64,000 nucleotides of DNA from Bugula neritina (taxonomy: Eukaryota > Animalia > Bryozoa): contig OZ037767.1 of NCBI GenBank assembly GCA_964035545.1, forward strand, positions 29,032,628 through 29,096,627, in the 5' to 3' direction. The notes under the pieces are model-generated. The model searched no databases and was not told where the DNA came from. It worked only from the letters and a program-made list of their open reading frames with translations. Positions 13,383 to 27,744 of the stretch are shown here, piece after piece (position 1 is the stretch's first letter; each line of letters starts with the position of its first letter). The position numbers were made by a program, and so were the translations under genes.

Positions 13383-14730
13383 GTTAACTTTAGACTATTA
13401 AGGATTAGGCGCAGATAAACTTGACATTTTATTTCTTTTCAATTTGACATTCCATGAATAATAAATATGATAGGTAACAATGTCAATTGTAACGTTGTAT
13501 TGCAAAAACCATCTTTTTTACGTTCTTCAAAACTGAGTCTTTAATGTGAGAAGAATCGCTTTAAGCAGCACCAAGTTTTTGGCCTCAAATTTAGAGTTTT
13601 GAGTTCAGGCAACGGTGTGTATACAAATTCTGTACTCAATCACCCCTAACTTGGTGCTCTTTATAGCAATATTTAAATTTGACATTCAATTTGAAGTCGT
13701 AGTTCTCTAGCTAGTGAAGATCATGAACTTTACCACATATTCCAATCCGCCCAATCGCCCTTTGGCTTTAAAACCTAGGCTTTCTTATTTACATGCTCCC
13801 ACAACTCCAATTGTAGCTACCTAGCTCCCAGCTTATAGTGAATGCTATGTTCTACTAACTCAATGACAAACATATATTATATTTACATTTTGCATTTCAA
13901 TAGGTTGGCACTATCTCTTATAATTTTATCATTTTTTTCAAATTAACGTGATTTTAGAGTTTGTAATTTGTTAAATTGATGGTTAGATAAATAATATATC
14001 AAGATATATAATAAAAGTTATTAAGGATAGTTGGCCCCCCTTCATGTAGTTAAATAACAAAAATAGAAATAAAAATATTATGACATAATAAAAAAAATTA
14101 TATGCATTTATTTTGTGATATCTAGACTGAAAACACATACAGCAAAAGAATTTATAAAAAATTCGCTTAAATAAATGGTACATCAAACAGAAATAGCTTC
14201 AAAAATCAATTATACGAACAACAATTGTATGTAGTAATAAATTTTTTTAATGTAACAACTACTACACATATATGGCATTATATAACATTTGTGAAGCATA
14301 CTATGTATATACAGAATAATATAAGCATTATATTCTGTATATATAGAATATATAAGCATATATAATGCATATACATATAATATGTATATATACAGAATAT
14401 GCAACATGTGATAATATAGTGTTTAGGAAGTTAATAGATTGTCTTATCTTTTACTTTATGGTGAAGCCTATCAAACTGCTTGCATATGGTAATATTAAAT
14501 ATAAATCTCCATGTTTTATTAAAAACTATAAAACATGAGAAATATATGAGAATAAAATTCCTGAATAAGCGTTATAGAGACTAAATAGAAAGCAAACTTG
14601 TTATAATGTTATACACAGGATAGCGTGAAAATAAAGATATAAAATAAATTATTGTTTCATAGCTTTGGTGATTTTGCTTTTTGCCTGTTGATCATTGTAA
14701 ATATAAATTAGGAGTATTATAAATGTAAAA

Positions 14731-17700
14731 CTATGATAAAGAGTTGTGACTGGAGGGTGGGAGGAGTTTATGGTGATCATCTTCATTGTCTGATACACAT
14801 TGGCTATGTGCAACTGGTGTAACATTATCATTATAATAGTCGGCTTGATGTGTTGAAGGTGAGCAACAGTACACTAGCCCACTCACTAAAACCATTGCTA
14901 TAAAATATGGAAAATGAGTACAAGGAGGAAAGAGAGGACAACACCAAAACTAGAACATGGGATAGCAATAATGCATGCAATATGGAAAATCATAATTTTA
15001 TAATCTACAATATGTTTTATAAAAACTAGTTTAAATTGGTACTTAGCCTGTAAAAATTGAAGTTGAAAGAATTTAGAATTATTGGTATTTATATTTTGAT
15101 ACTGAGAAGCACAAATGACCTGCTTCCACCTGCCTCGCATAATCTTGCCTCTTTGGTCTACTGGTGATAAAAATATCAACACTGCAGGCCTAAATGTTTA
15201 TGAAGAAGAGAATTTTTTCTTAATTAAAAAATAGTATATGGAAATTGACTACTTCACTCACTATCAGATCATTTATACACCTAAAAAACATGAACATTCA
15301 AGAAAATCTACGCACCCATGAGACAGCCAATCATATGCCAGGCAAAGATCAAGGTCACCAACATTATACTCTCTGGGTTCTTGAGTTGTTCCTCTGTCAG
15401 TGCGTATGGAGTGTACAGAGACACTCCTATCTGGTGGAACCACGTGCCTTGCAAGAGAGCTCCATAGCACCTGCAATACAATGACTCATAGCACCTGCAA
15501 TACAATGACTCATAGCACCTGCAATACAATGACTCATAGCATAGCTATACAATGACTCATAGCACCTGCAATACAATGACTCATAGCACCTGCAATACAA
15601 TAACTCATAGCATAGCTATACAATGACTCATAGCACCTGCAATACAATGACTCATAGCACCTGTGATACAATGACTCATAGCACCTGTGATACAATGACT
15701 CATAGCACCTGTGATACAATGACTCATAGCACCTGCAATACAATGAATCATTCATGTTACTAAAAATAGCATTGCTTGCATAGCCACATCTATATACGAA
15801 CTTCTTACTCAGTGTATTCTGTAACAAAGTATTTAATCAGAAACATTCTGTGTTTGGTCCAATAAACATTAAGTTTATGCTAACATTTTCATGTATACAA
15901 TGTATATGCTAAAATAAACATTATATTATGTTTAATAGCTATATTGGTATAAATTGCAAGGCTTCAGTAATATAATTAGAGTTATATTTTTCTTACGCAA
16001 TATTCTGTGAATAGGTAGTCATTTACAAACCTTGCGAGTAAAACTGTAATGCTTTGGGGATACAACATCTCAATACCCACAACAGCTATACTAGCTGCTA
16101 TAGTGTAAACCAATAGCATGTGGAGGTGTGTGTCCACCTCATGGCGGCCATGAAGGTGGAATCGAAATAGAACTAGTTCTACACCAAGCGCCATCATCAA
16201 TGCCATGTACTCTGCACCTGGTAGGAAAAATGAACAGTTGTCTCACTAAATCTTGGCAATAAGTTAAAAAAACAATATAACTTCATGTCATTGACGCAGC
16301 AGCGTTGTCATTGGCAACATCTACAGCTGTTGGCTCAGCACAGCATTTACCTGCTTGCTAAGAGTTGACATGTGACATGCATAATATGCTGCTATGACAA
16401 CATATTATGCAATAGTATAGACAGCTGCATATGCATTGTATTAGTAAATTACTGCAGTATAGCCAACTTACAGCTCAGTACACATGCACATTTTAAATAA
16501 AAAGAACACGTGCATTCGTTTTTGAATTAAGTAATGCATGTAGAGAGTATATTTCTAAATTATAACAATCACGCAACAACTTTTACTCTCTATTAAACAA
16601 CTTATACATCATATTAGCAGCCATAACTTTTCAAAAACTTTCACCAGTGTCTATGCAAATAAGATCTTAGTGTAATTTTTCTGGTGAAATGTCATCTATT
16701 TTTAGCATCTATTAACTACTCAATGCTTTAGAGTTTAGAGTTTAGTCTGAGAAATAATTACAGTGATCTAATGAGGAAACTGCTATTTATTTATCTTAAA
16801 CAACCTTTCATTACTACTTAAGTCAGTTCAAAGGATGCCAACATTTGCAGGTAAAGGGGGGGGGGGGGGGGAGTATATATCCTTTAGCTAGTGTTCTCTA
16901 GCAATCCTTATAAATACCCACAGCCAACGGCACCAAAACATTATCTATGGAAGCTGGTATATAAACTTAGGAAATGTTATATAGGTAAATATTGCAAAAA
17001 AATGTACAGATTTAAAATAATTTCCTAGACTATTGCAAATAGGTAAGCACTTGCTGCTTCTTGTCACTTGTGACATGTCCTGTCAGTGATGAAGCTTCAT
17101 GCCAGGTACCAGCACCAGTTTTTGTCACTATTTCTGATCAGGTGTGGCATATAACAATAGACACCCTAAAGCCTAAGATAGATAGATCGTTAACCCGTTT
17201 TCCTGCATGATAGCTTTAACTAGCCAACAAAATTTTAGAGAAGTTACTAAGAAATAAACCCCCATCCCACCAACCCTTCTCTCTATTTACAACTAGTACT
17301 TGACTGACCTTTAGGGACGAACTTCACTTTATGGTGAACTAGTATAGAGGTGACAGCAAACAATCCAAAGCTGATGTACATAGTGAAATGCTGCAAGTTG
17401 CCCATAATGATAGTTTGTGTGGCTAAAATACCTGCAACAGCAACAGATAACTTTTGTGAGATGTGGACAAGCTATTGACAATCGTTTCTTTCAAAGACAA
17501 AAATAAGGAGTTATAGCAAACTTATGACTTAAAATAATACAATTAAAATATTTCATGATATGAAAAATGTTTGTATAACTATATATAACCTAAATTGCAA
17601 TAACTATCCAACATTTGTATTAAATTTTTGAAATATTCAACGTTTGAAATATTTACCAAGTCAAGCATATATTATAAGTTGAAACTTGAGCTATGTTTAC

Positions 17701-20677
17701 AATAACAATGTTTACAAAGCTGTATGAACCTTAGTCTAGTTAACATGTTCAGTATAGTCACGATTAATCCAGTTCTGAATTTGTGAGATAAAAAACTTAT
17801 TGTTTAGTAAAATACATGAGTTTCGCTGCACAACCACAGTGCAGTCAGTGTTTGAGGCTTACAGCTATAAGACATATTTTGTACAAATAATAGTTTAGTT
17901 GTTGCTACATGATTAGTTTTCAACATAAAACATGTTTGCATTTTCTAGCTGATAGAGCAAGTTCATCATACAGCATGAAATGTTGATTGCCATTTACTAA
18001 AATATGAGCTCAACTTCTAATCTCCTTCTGGTATCAGGAAGTAAAAAATTTGGCTATGGTTAGAGAAAACTAAACAAATTCCAGTCATTGATTGTTATTG
18101 TTTTTAAGGAAGAGAACTGTTGACCTTTCAAGGACAGCCAACTTTTCATCCTTGCAACACTTGTTAAAGTTCGGCAGCATTTTCGTCTAGCTGTGCATAA
18201 ACATACAGCTTTGGCATGAAAGTACTAAAAATATGTTATTAAACCTGTGTTTGTATTACGTTTAACCTTCATATAATTATATTCATAGAATAGTTGAAAG
18301 TACATACGTACTTGTCACAATCTCCATGACTGCTCCAATGGTTACAACCAGTATTAGAAACCAGCTGTCCAATGAAAACCGACTGTGGCATCCCTTTTTC
18401 CAGCAGCATTGTCTCACCAGACTGTTTGTATATGACTCAGCTGAATAACAATATAATATAATAAAATAGAATATAGTATAATATAGTATAATATAATATA
18501 ATATAATATAATACAATATAATATAATATAATATAGTATAGTATAATATAATATAATACAATATAATATAATATAATATAATATAGTATAATATAATATA
18601 ATATAGTATAGTATAATATAATATAATAGAATATAATATAATACAAAATTATATAGTGCAATATATTATTGTTATATAATATAATATTAGTATAATATAA
18701 TATAATATTAGTATAATATAATATAATATTAGTATAATATAATATAATACAATATAAAATAGTATAGTATCTGGGCTTACATAGCATTATCTTATAATAA
18801 CTAACATAAAACAGTATGGCAATAATGGTATGATATAGTATGCTATAATGTTATTATATCAGTAGTAGAATGAAATATATTAAAGATCATTATTAGTAGT
18901 TGATCGTCTATATAATAATATAGGGAAATACAATCTACCTAATGTACAGTAGTTATTCAACAATACTACAACATAGTTATTGTAGATAGCATGCTAAATT
19001 TTCTAAATGATAAAATATTATACAACTAAAAATCCAGACGATTCAAGTTTAGTTCTGGCATTGAATTATGAAGTATAATATTAATTTTTTGACACAACTA
19101 ACCTGTCTGTCTAATTGCTATGGTTTTTCTATTTTTTGTAAAATTAATTAAGCTTATTAAAAATTGACCAGTACATTTAAACATAACTTGAAAACTTCAC
19201 AACAGTGTGCTCCATTCAGTTACATGATAATAAGTTAGAGTTTTAGAATCTAAAATTGGAACTCATCACTTAATGAATAATGCTGGTCGCATTAAATCTG
19301 ATAACAAGCAGCTACTGTTAGCTAACGACCTTTTATGTTAATTTACTATAATATATACCAGCATGTGCACGTGTTGATTTATCTTTGGTTATCTGTAACT
19401 TTGTGGTAAACTATATACTATGATAGGGCTTGGTATAACGTAATCTCTGGCCCCTTTATTGAACTAAGCAGGTGTATTTTAGCTATAGGCTTCATATCAT
19501 TGCTACACATAGCCTAGTACATTCAGGGGACGAGTGTAAGCAACAGTAGTAGTTTCTTAAACAATTTTTACAGATACGGACTTTATGCTTATTTTTCTGT
19601 GTAAAGAGTCAGGCAATATTACCAAAACTGTTAAACATGCTCATTTTCTAATTCATCGCTTTTCTTCCTCTCACCTAACAATAGTAATTCCTCAATGTAT
19701 TTAGTTAAACTGTTTTTAGTTACGAGTGTTCATATTATATGCTATATTGGTACAAACATAATGCAATGTAATAAAATAGAGGACTGGTTTATAGTAGAAG
19801 TAAACAGAAAATAAATCGAACCTCCATTACGTATTATCATGGTCAAACCTTACTCTGAATCAGTTACATACTTCTCACTACAGATTTAAATTAGAAAACT
19901 AAAAGCATTGAGTGCAAACCTAAAGGAAACTGGACAACGACTAGAAAGACTATCAAATTTTAACACTAGAACACACATTGGTTAGATATAGAGAAAATAT
20001 TACATCATTTGAACAGAGATTTTTCTAGCTGGCTGTGTTGTTAGATGATATGGCAATGCTTAGACACACATCTATGAGCTTATGAGGAAATAATGAGCAA
20101 AATAATTAATAATAAATAATAAATTTATCTGGTACATCTGAACCTTATTATCTAACAGCTGCTATAGCCATGTGGCAATAGAGCATCAACTTTTCTTGCC
20201 CAAATATTGGTTCCCAGTCTATAAAAATGGCTACAACTCTTGACAAGATACATGTAATTTTTAAAACTAATCAAACTAGCCATCATCGTCTTGTCAACAG
20301 TTGATTATAATTTATGTGATATATATAAGGATTTTGTAAACCATACTGCAGTTAGCTTTGAGAAAATCATGACTTTTAGCCATAATAATTAAATAAAAAA
20401 TAGAGTGAGGTCAATAAATAGGTCAATAGAAAATATAAATATAGAACTTACCTTTGCCGAGAGAAAAACAGAATGTAACTTTATGAAGAGAATTATAATA
20501 TAAAACTCACCTTTACAAAAATAATAATATAAAATTTACTTTTGCCCAGAAAAGGATAATATAAAACTCACCCTTGCTGAGAGAATGGTAATATGAACGC
20601 AGAGATGTTATAAGCCACCACAGAGAGAAGCAAATAAAGAATGTTCCAGGAGCAGCATGACCTAGCCAGGTTCCCAT
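14731..20677 (-). CDS. TMEM45: Transmembrane protein 45 family (TMEM45B-like, DUF716), paralogue 1
   Basis: Six GT-AG exons: 20572-20677 (MGTWLGHAAPGTFFICFSLWW), 18312-18440, ~17310-17431 (MGNLQHFTMYISFG), ~16031-16217 (VELVLFRFHLHGRHEVDTHLHMLL), ~15316-15470 (LQGTWFHQIG..FAWH), 14731-14897 (AMVLVSGLVYCCSP...stop). GHxxPG, QHxTMY, FxFHxHGR, HxLL, QGTWF and FxWH are TMEM45 signatures. Confidence 0.93.
15463..15748. repeat. 24-bp minisatellite CATAGCACCTGCAATACAATGACT, 12 units, spanning the exon-5 acceptor of TMEM45 paralogue 1
   Basis: Ten 24-nt units and two 23-nt variants (CATAGCATAGCTATACAATGACT). Confidence 0.95.
18450..18770. repeat. (AATAT)n pentanucleotide microsatellite
   Basis: Imperfect AATAT/AGTAT run directly upstream (minus strand) of the TMEM45-1 exon-2 acceptor. 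Confidence 0.95.
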
Positions 20678-22681
20678 TGTTAGTAGATATCCCAGTGCTT
20701 TACTATGCAGCTATTCCGCCCAGCTTTTGCTACTGATCAGTAACACCATCGACATCTAAATGCTACTCACATCATTAAACATGCAGAAGAATTGCTTAGA
20801 CTAAGAGCTTCGTACCAATAGTGTATGGGCATGGTAATGACGCCCATCAATTGATAAATATGCAGCATGTAATAGTCATAAAACACTTATCTAAAAATAC
20901 AAAATCTAAACACCAATGCATAATAGCTGTACTCAATGCCACTAGCATAACCATTAGAATGTTTTAACACCAATGATGAATTATAATAGAAGATTGAAAG
21001 GCTTATGCTGCAAATGGAAGCCAATAATGGAAATAATGGTAGGCAAGCAGAGTTCTACAAACAACCGAATGTTTATCTAGACTGAGATCTAAAGCTATAT
21101 ATTTTACTCAATCATTAATTTCGTCTGCTGTATAACATAGCTTATACGTTGATTATAGTTGAAACCAGTATTGTGCATTGTAATTACTAAGTAAATAGAA
21201 GATAAATAATATTGGCAGTGCAGTAATATCCCTTACCAAATGCCGGTATGTCACGCAAACTCTGCAATGGGCAAAAGATTGGAAATAAATAAAAATGGCT
21301 GCTGAATGCACTTTTTAATCTTACAATGAATGAAGTAAATTAATTGATGCAGATTGTGCCTGCTCAGTAACTATAAACTGCAGCACAACTCTTAGAGGAA
21401 GTTTCATCACATGATGAGATTGTGCAAGAACATAACCATCATGCTGAGCAAAGTTTTTAACTTGCAAATAGGTTGAATCATAGGAAAATATGCTATGGTC
21501 AATTTTGATAAATTATGCATTCTTGATGAATATTTGTGTATTTTTTATATTACACTACTGATTAGATTAGTATGAGATGTGGTGTCATTGATCATATGAC
21601 TTGTGAAATAAATGGATATATTATAAGCTGTAGAGTCTATAGTATTACTGAACACTCATTCCCTTGAAATTAAAAAACTTGTTTACTATTACTATTACTA
21701 TTGTTGTATTCTTGAATGTTGTATTTCAAGATAAATTATTAAATGAATAAACACTGAATATAAATAAACCTCTGTCTTGCTTATACACTTTCCAGAAAAT
21801 GGCCATATATGCTATCACAGCAATAATAAAAGACTAGAAAAAGCATTAGATACACAACAAGCTAAGAAAGCTAGGAGAAATGTTTAGATACCAAGCTCTG
21901 CACAACAAGAGCTATTGTCACTAAGTTCTAGATACATAATATAGCGAGTTGACACCGTGTTCTAACATTACATTTCAGCGCATTGCTTTAGTTTGATATA
22001 ATCTATAATTCCTCCTAGTGTAGAAAGCTGCTTTCCCTGCATATCCTTGATCACTGGATTCTAGTTTTCTACATATGTCCTGTTTGATATTAATATATAT
22101 GTAATATTCAGCCTAATATGATGTTCTTACATGCTATTTGAGCAAAGGGTAGAATAGTACATAAAATTTCATTTAAATCTATTGATTTGTTCATTTACTT
22201 TTCCTGTCAAGATGCTTCCTTTATACTTTTACTAATAACATGTATTATTTTACTTCATTCTATGGCTTTCATCTTTGGCTTTGAAACTATAAATCTATCA
22301 ATATGCATGCCAATCGGCCAAATCACCAGCAGTTACAACACCTCAACACCTTAAATAGATGTAGTTTCTATTCACAGATGTTTGACAGTTATCAAAGTGT
22401 AAGTGTAAATAAAAGTAACCAGAAAGGATTACCAAGTGTAGCACTAGAGCTCTGTAGGATATCAAATATAACTCTCATTGTATTACATTATTACATATAG
22501 GTTACTGAATCAGCGTAAAGTATGTATAATGGATAATAGTTCAATATATTCGAATAATTAGCCTAACAATTATCTGCTCTGAACACTTAGGTATATTGTA
22601 TTACATATTATAGATAAATTTATGCTGACTGCAGGATATTTGCTTGCAATGCACATAATATTAATATGATATATTTACCTG

Positions 22682-22900
22682 TAACACTTTCACAGTTCAT
22701 TGTGTACATGTAACACACACTTACAGTTTATTGTGTACATGTAACACACACTTACAGTTTATTTACTTGTAACTCATACAGTTTATTTCCTGTAATCCAC
22801 ACTTATTTATTTACATATACACACTTACAGTAAATTTATATACAGTAGATCACACACTTGCATTGATTTACCTGTAATACACAAGTAGACACACCTGTAA
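22682..22900. repeat. Degenerate ~31-bp tandem repeat (GTAACACACACTTACAGTTTATTGTGTACAT)
   Basis: Two to three clear units followed by decayed units; intergenic. Confidence 0.6.
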
Positions 22901-24166
22901 AAGAATTTCCTTGTAATTATCATCACTTTACTTGCACAGAGGAACATAGACAAGCTTCATTAAACATGACATAATGGACATACAACATGTTCACTACACT
23001 GTAGTTGTTTATATACGGATTAGTGAACAGGGGTAGTAAATTTCCCCTGCATAGCATATAATATTGTGTAGTCTATTTTGGAACTTGCATGTAGTCGTAT
23101 AAGTAAGTGACTTCCCAATATGTTCCAATGTTTATGTGTTTAGAATGTAGGTAGGTGCAGTAATTGGGAAATTGGGAAATTTTCAACTCATGTCCCAAAC
23201 CAAAATTATTGGATAATTAAAGAACTTAGGCAATATTTACAATTTCTTTGTCACTGCACTTAAATTTATAGTAGGTGCGCACAAAATAGTTGAATATAGA
23301 TCAGGATATGAAAATACATCATCGATTAGCAAATACAAGATCATTCAATGTATTTTATTAAAAGATGAAACTAATGCATCTTGATTGACAGTAATTATAC
23401 ATGATGTTTATACAATGAAATATAATGGCCAATAAGTAGTAGCAAGCTTAAATACTTGTACAATACATGCCAGATATTCCTAATACTATGTATACTGGTG
23501 ACAAGGTTAATTTGCACAAATATATATATGCCTTGATTTAAGGTATAGAAAACCACATATAACTATTCCATAGAAAATAGACGCTTTTAGTAAATAGAAA
23601 CAGGACATTGATAGTCAATTAGAACATACAGTACGACATTGTTATATAGTAAGAGTAATGCAGACGGCCTGCTAAATACAGAATTTCAGCGGAACACGGT
23701 GTAATAGTTAATATACAGATATATGAGCTACACATCCGATTTTAGGTCAGAAGTTGACGAATAATTTCAAGAGAAATAAAATCAATATCCCGGTAACTCT
23801 GCAACCCGTACACCTAATCTTTCACTATAAGCAATGAGCTTTGCAAGAACAAAGTAAAGTACACGGTAGCTTTGCTATTGAATCAAACTGTAAAACAGCA
23901 ATTATACAAAATATCTGCACTTTAGGCACTGCTATAAGCCATAAAACAAAGTGCACACGAGTGTATATAAAATGAGGTGGTAAAAAGAAATATGAGTAAA
24001 ATATAAAGGTTAACTTAATACCGGTAACCAAATTAGTTCAAAAACAGGCGAATAGACCTGGCAAGAGTCTTAGAAACACTAGACATGTTTCCCACATCAC
24101 ATAGACTAAAGTACTAAATGGACTTATAGAAACTAACACAGTATAAATAGCTTGAGCTCTCAAACT

Positions 24167-27100
24167 TCACGGGGCTCCATTTTTATGGGAGGGTGCTGCG
24201 TACAACTCGTCTTCGTCAGCGGACCCTACGCTAGTGTAACCATTCATTATGGCAGACGTTTGAGAGTCGTCTACTCTTGACTTTTGTTCGCTGGCAGGAA
24301 GTAGCTGTATAGAATCATCGTTGCCGTAATCGCCCTGGCAACGCGGTGAGCAACACCAGTATACGAGACCATTGAGGATCAGCATCACTAAAATTCCAGT
24401 ACAACAGGTTATTGAGATATTCTACAGAGATACAAGGTATCTGTATGGATACAGCCCCTCCTCCCCCCCCCTCCACTACTTACAATAATTATACTGAATA
24501 TGCACGAGAAGGTAGAGAGCTCAAAACAAGACAGGAGAGAAAGAGAAGTTGATTACAGATTCCGTTTTCATGTCTAAAGATTCACCCTTCAATCTTAGTC
24601 TTTCCTTAGTAGAATTAATAAATTCAAACTCGCTTATTCAGAATCACTTAAGATACATATTCAAGTAAATCTACGCACCCATGAGACAGCCAATCATATG
24701 CCAGGCAAAGATCAAGGTCATCAACATTATACTTTCTGGGTTCTTGAGTTGCTCCTCTGTTAGTGCATATGGAGTGTACAGAGACACTCCTATCTGGTGG
24801 AACCACGTGCCTTGCAACAGGAAGCCATAAGACCTGTAAGAAAGGTACAAAGTGGATGCAGAAAGCACTGGTATAGTAAGTGTGAAGGGAGAAGTTTTCA
24901 CAGAGCTACTATATACAAACATGAGACATTATAATGAGCAGTGAAGGTACATAAGGCCATACCTGGCTAGCAGGGCATTTATACTGTGAGGATAGAGCCA
25001 CTCTGCAGACACAGCTATCATACAGCCGGCTATGGTGTATACCAGCAGCATGTGCATGTGGGTGTCTACATCCTCCCTGCCGTGTAGGTGGAACCGGAAC
25101 AGAACTAACTCTATGATGAGAGCTGCTAGCAGGATCATGTACTCTGAGCCTGGAGGTATGAAAACACAGCATACAGATATACTAACATACAGTGAAGTAT
25201 ACAATATATAGATATACTAACACACAGTGAAGTATACAATATATAGATATGCTAACACAGTGAAGTATATAATATATACATATGCTAACACACAGTGAAC
25301 ACTTACCTTTAGGCACAAACTGAAACTTATGGTGCACAAGGATAGAGACGAGGCCGACCAGACCAAAACTGATATACATAGTCAGGTGTTGACGATTCCC
25401 CATCACCACAAAGTTCTTTGTAGCCACACCTGTAAATACAGGTACAGTGGTTATGTGTCAAGATGGCGTAACGTAGAGTAATACATAGCATGGAAATATA
25501 CACTCTGTGCTATACAGTAATAGTATACACTTCTGACCAGCTAGTTGATAGATATCTATTCCCATGCCACACTATGACACTAAATCCATAGACCTACTAT
25601 ATCAAATTATGCCTTATAAGTTACAACTTGCATATTGGTGGAAGGCTTAGAGTGATTTATTAGGTTATTGTCCCTGTTTGTTAGATATTCTGTGTGTTTA
25701 ATAACAAGTCTTAGAGTAGTTTGACATTTAACTTTGCACACTCCACTAACCTAGTAAATACTGTAAACTATTTTTAATAGAACCAAAATCGTAAATCCTC
25801 ATAAAAATCTAATTTATAATATAAATATAACACATAAATATGTATGAATATATAAATATTGCCCGTGATATGACAAGGGTAGAAACACTCTAATATGGTT
25901 GGCAATGATTATACATTCATACAGAATAACCTCTAACTGGAGTGTATATAGGGTTACAGGATAGAATTAACATATACATATCCTTGTACCATCATATCGT
26001 GTGTTATTAAACCAGCAACTGGTTGTATTATTGCCTTTCCCATGATAGACAAGACTTGTACCACCAAACTGTATTATACTGGGTGCGACAGAGTAACAGC
26101 TACTTATGTAGTTTTATGAAGAGAAAACTATGCAGATGGTGTAATTCTACCACTTTTTAAAGATTTAATTGAATCAAAATCCATTGCCAGGAAAAAGACT
26201 ACTAAACAATGAGTTAAAGCAATGCCTTACTTTCAGGCTCACTTAAAATGTTATCAAAATATTTTTCTTTCGAAGTGAAAGCGATTTGTGTGACATTATG
26301 TTAACTTGTAAGCAGTATGTACGGCAGGAAAAAAAGAAGCAAGCTTATTGGTGGTAGAAGAACTCAAGTCTATGTAAATATGTTTAACAGAAAAATATTT
26401 AGCAGATGCAATTTATTTTAATAATCTACATTATTTCCTGTAAAGCTATGTCCTAATATTTATCTCAATCGATATAAATGACAAATATGCCCATGTATAA
26501 AACCAGAACACTAGTGTAAGCGAAGTACAAACATGTGAGTTGAATAAGTAGGACAGAGTGAATGTTGGCTCATTGTCACAACTCTAATCATGTGACACAC
26601 CCTCTAGTCACGCCAAAACTGATAAAGGAATGTCAAGGATCTTAATTCAACATGACCTTTGATCCTCCTGATCAACACTAGCGTATACTATAAAGCACTG
26701 AGATTTGATAAGACCTATGTAATAGTGAATGAGATAGAAGCGGTAGTTCATCAGTATTCCCACTGACTCAGACTTCTATTACTGGCGCTACAACTTTAGA
26801 AGTACATTACTTGTTGCTACTTCCATGATGACTCCCAAGGCAGCGACAAATATCAGCACCCAGTTGTCCAGAGGCAGTCTTCCAAAACATCCCGTCTTAC
26901 AACAGCAGTGTTTGACCAAACTGTTGACGTATTTCCGACCTGAACACACAAAGAGTTCATTGAATTAGTACTCAACACTATCTAGCTAGCCGGTCGGGAA
27001 ATTTTAAAAGTACTACTTGCAAATTATGAAAAAATCGCATAACATTTATCAAAACCTTCAGCACTAATTTCAAAGGAATGTTAAGGTGAATTAGTATAAC

Positions 27101-27744
27101 ATGCAGTAGTGAAGCACATATTTCATCATCATGATAACTTGGTAAACTCAAGGCTCAGCCTTGCTAGTCTAGGACTGAGCTAATATCACGGATTAGCAAG
27201 TTCCAAGGCCTGTTTATCAATTTAATATAAAAAAAAATGCTGCATGCAAAAGTTCAACATATTGTCCGCAAAAGCCATCCTAGCCCATGTTACAAGCGAT
27301 AAACTAAAGGTCTGTTTCTACCAACAAATTTGTAGAGATCATCCAGAAATTGGATACATAGGAATTACCAAGTGCAAAGAACAGTGCATTGGCAAAATAG
27401 GCTTCATAACATAGGACAATAAAAGTGCCATTTGAATGGGTTATGTAGGAATGATAACATAGTGCTACCTCTTACTTCAATGTTGATTAGAATTGCCAAA
27501 GTTGAGTATTATAACTACACAATAGCATGAGGTTTACTTTCTAAAGATCTTGAATAAGAACAACTATTAAATATGTTTATTGAGTGAGTATGGAGCATGA
27601 CCAATTGGTAACATCAACTAGTTCTACATCTTGATACTTACCTGAAGATTGTGAGTAGTAAGAGTGCATGGATCGCACCAGCCACCATAGAGAGAAACAG
27701 ATAAAGAAAGTGCCAGGAGCTGCATGACCTAGCCAAGTTCCCAT
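24167..27744 (-). CDS. TMEM45: Transmembrane protein 45 family (TMEM45B-like, DUF716), paralogue 2
   Basis: Same six-exon structure and intron phases as paralogue 1: 27642-27744 (MGTWLGHAAPGTFFICFSLWW), ~26811-26939, ~25308-25429, ~24964-25148, ~24678-24832, 24167-24388 (..DEDELYAAPSHKNGAP stop). An acceptor near 27768 suggests an upstream non-coding exon. Confidence 0.93.
25170..25300. repeat. ~35-bp minisatellite (about 4 units) making up most of TMEM45-2 intron 3
   Basis: TACTAACACACAGTGAAGTATACAATATATAGATA repeated. Confidence 0.85.

Noticed and set aside
14898-15190. ORF 14898-15182 as the last exon of TMEM45-1
   Set aside because: The exon at 14731-14897 aligns with the last exon of paralogue 2 (GLVYxCCSP) and has the right phase.
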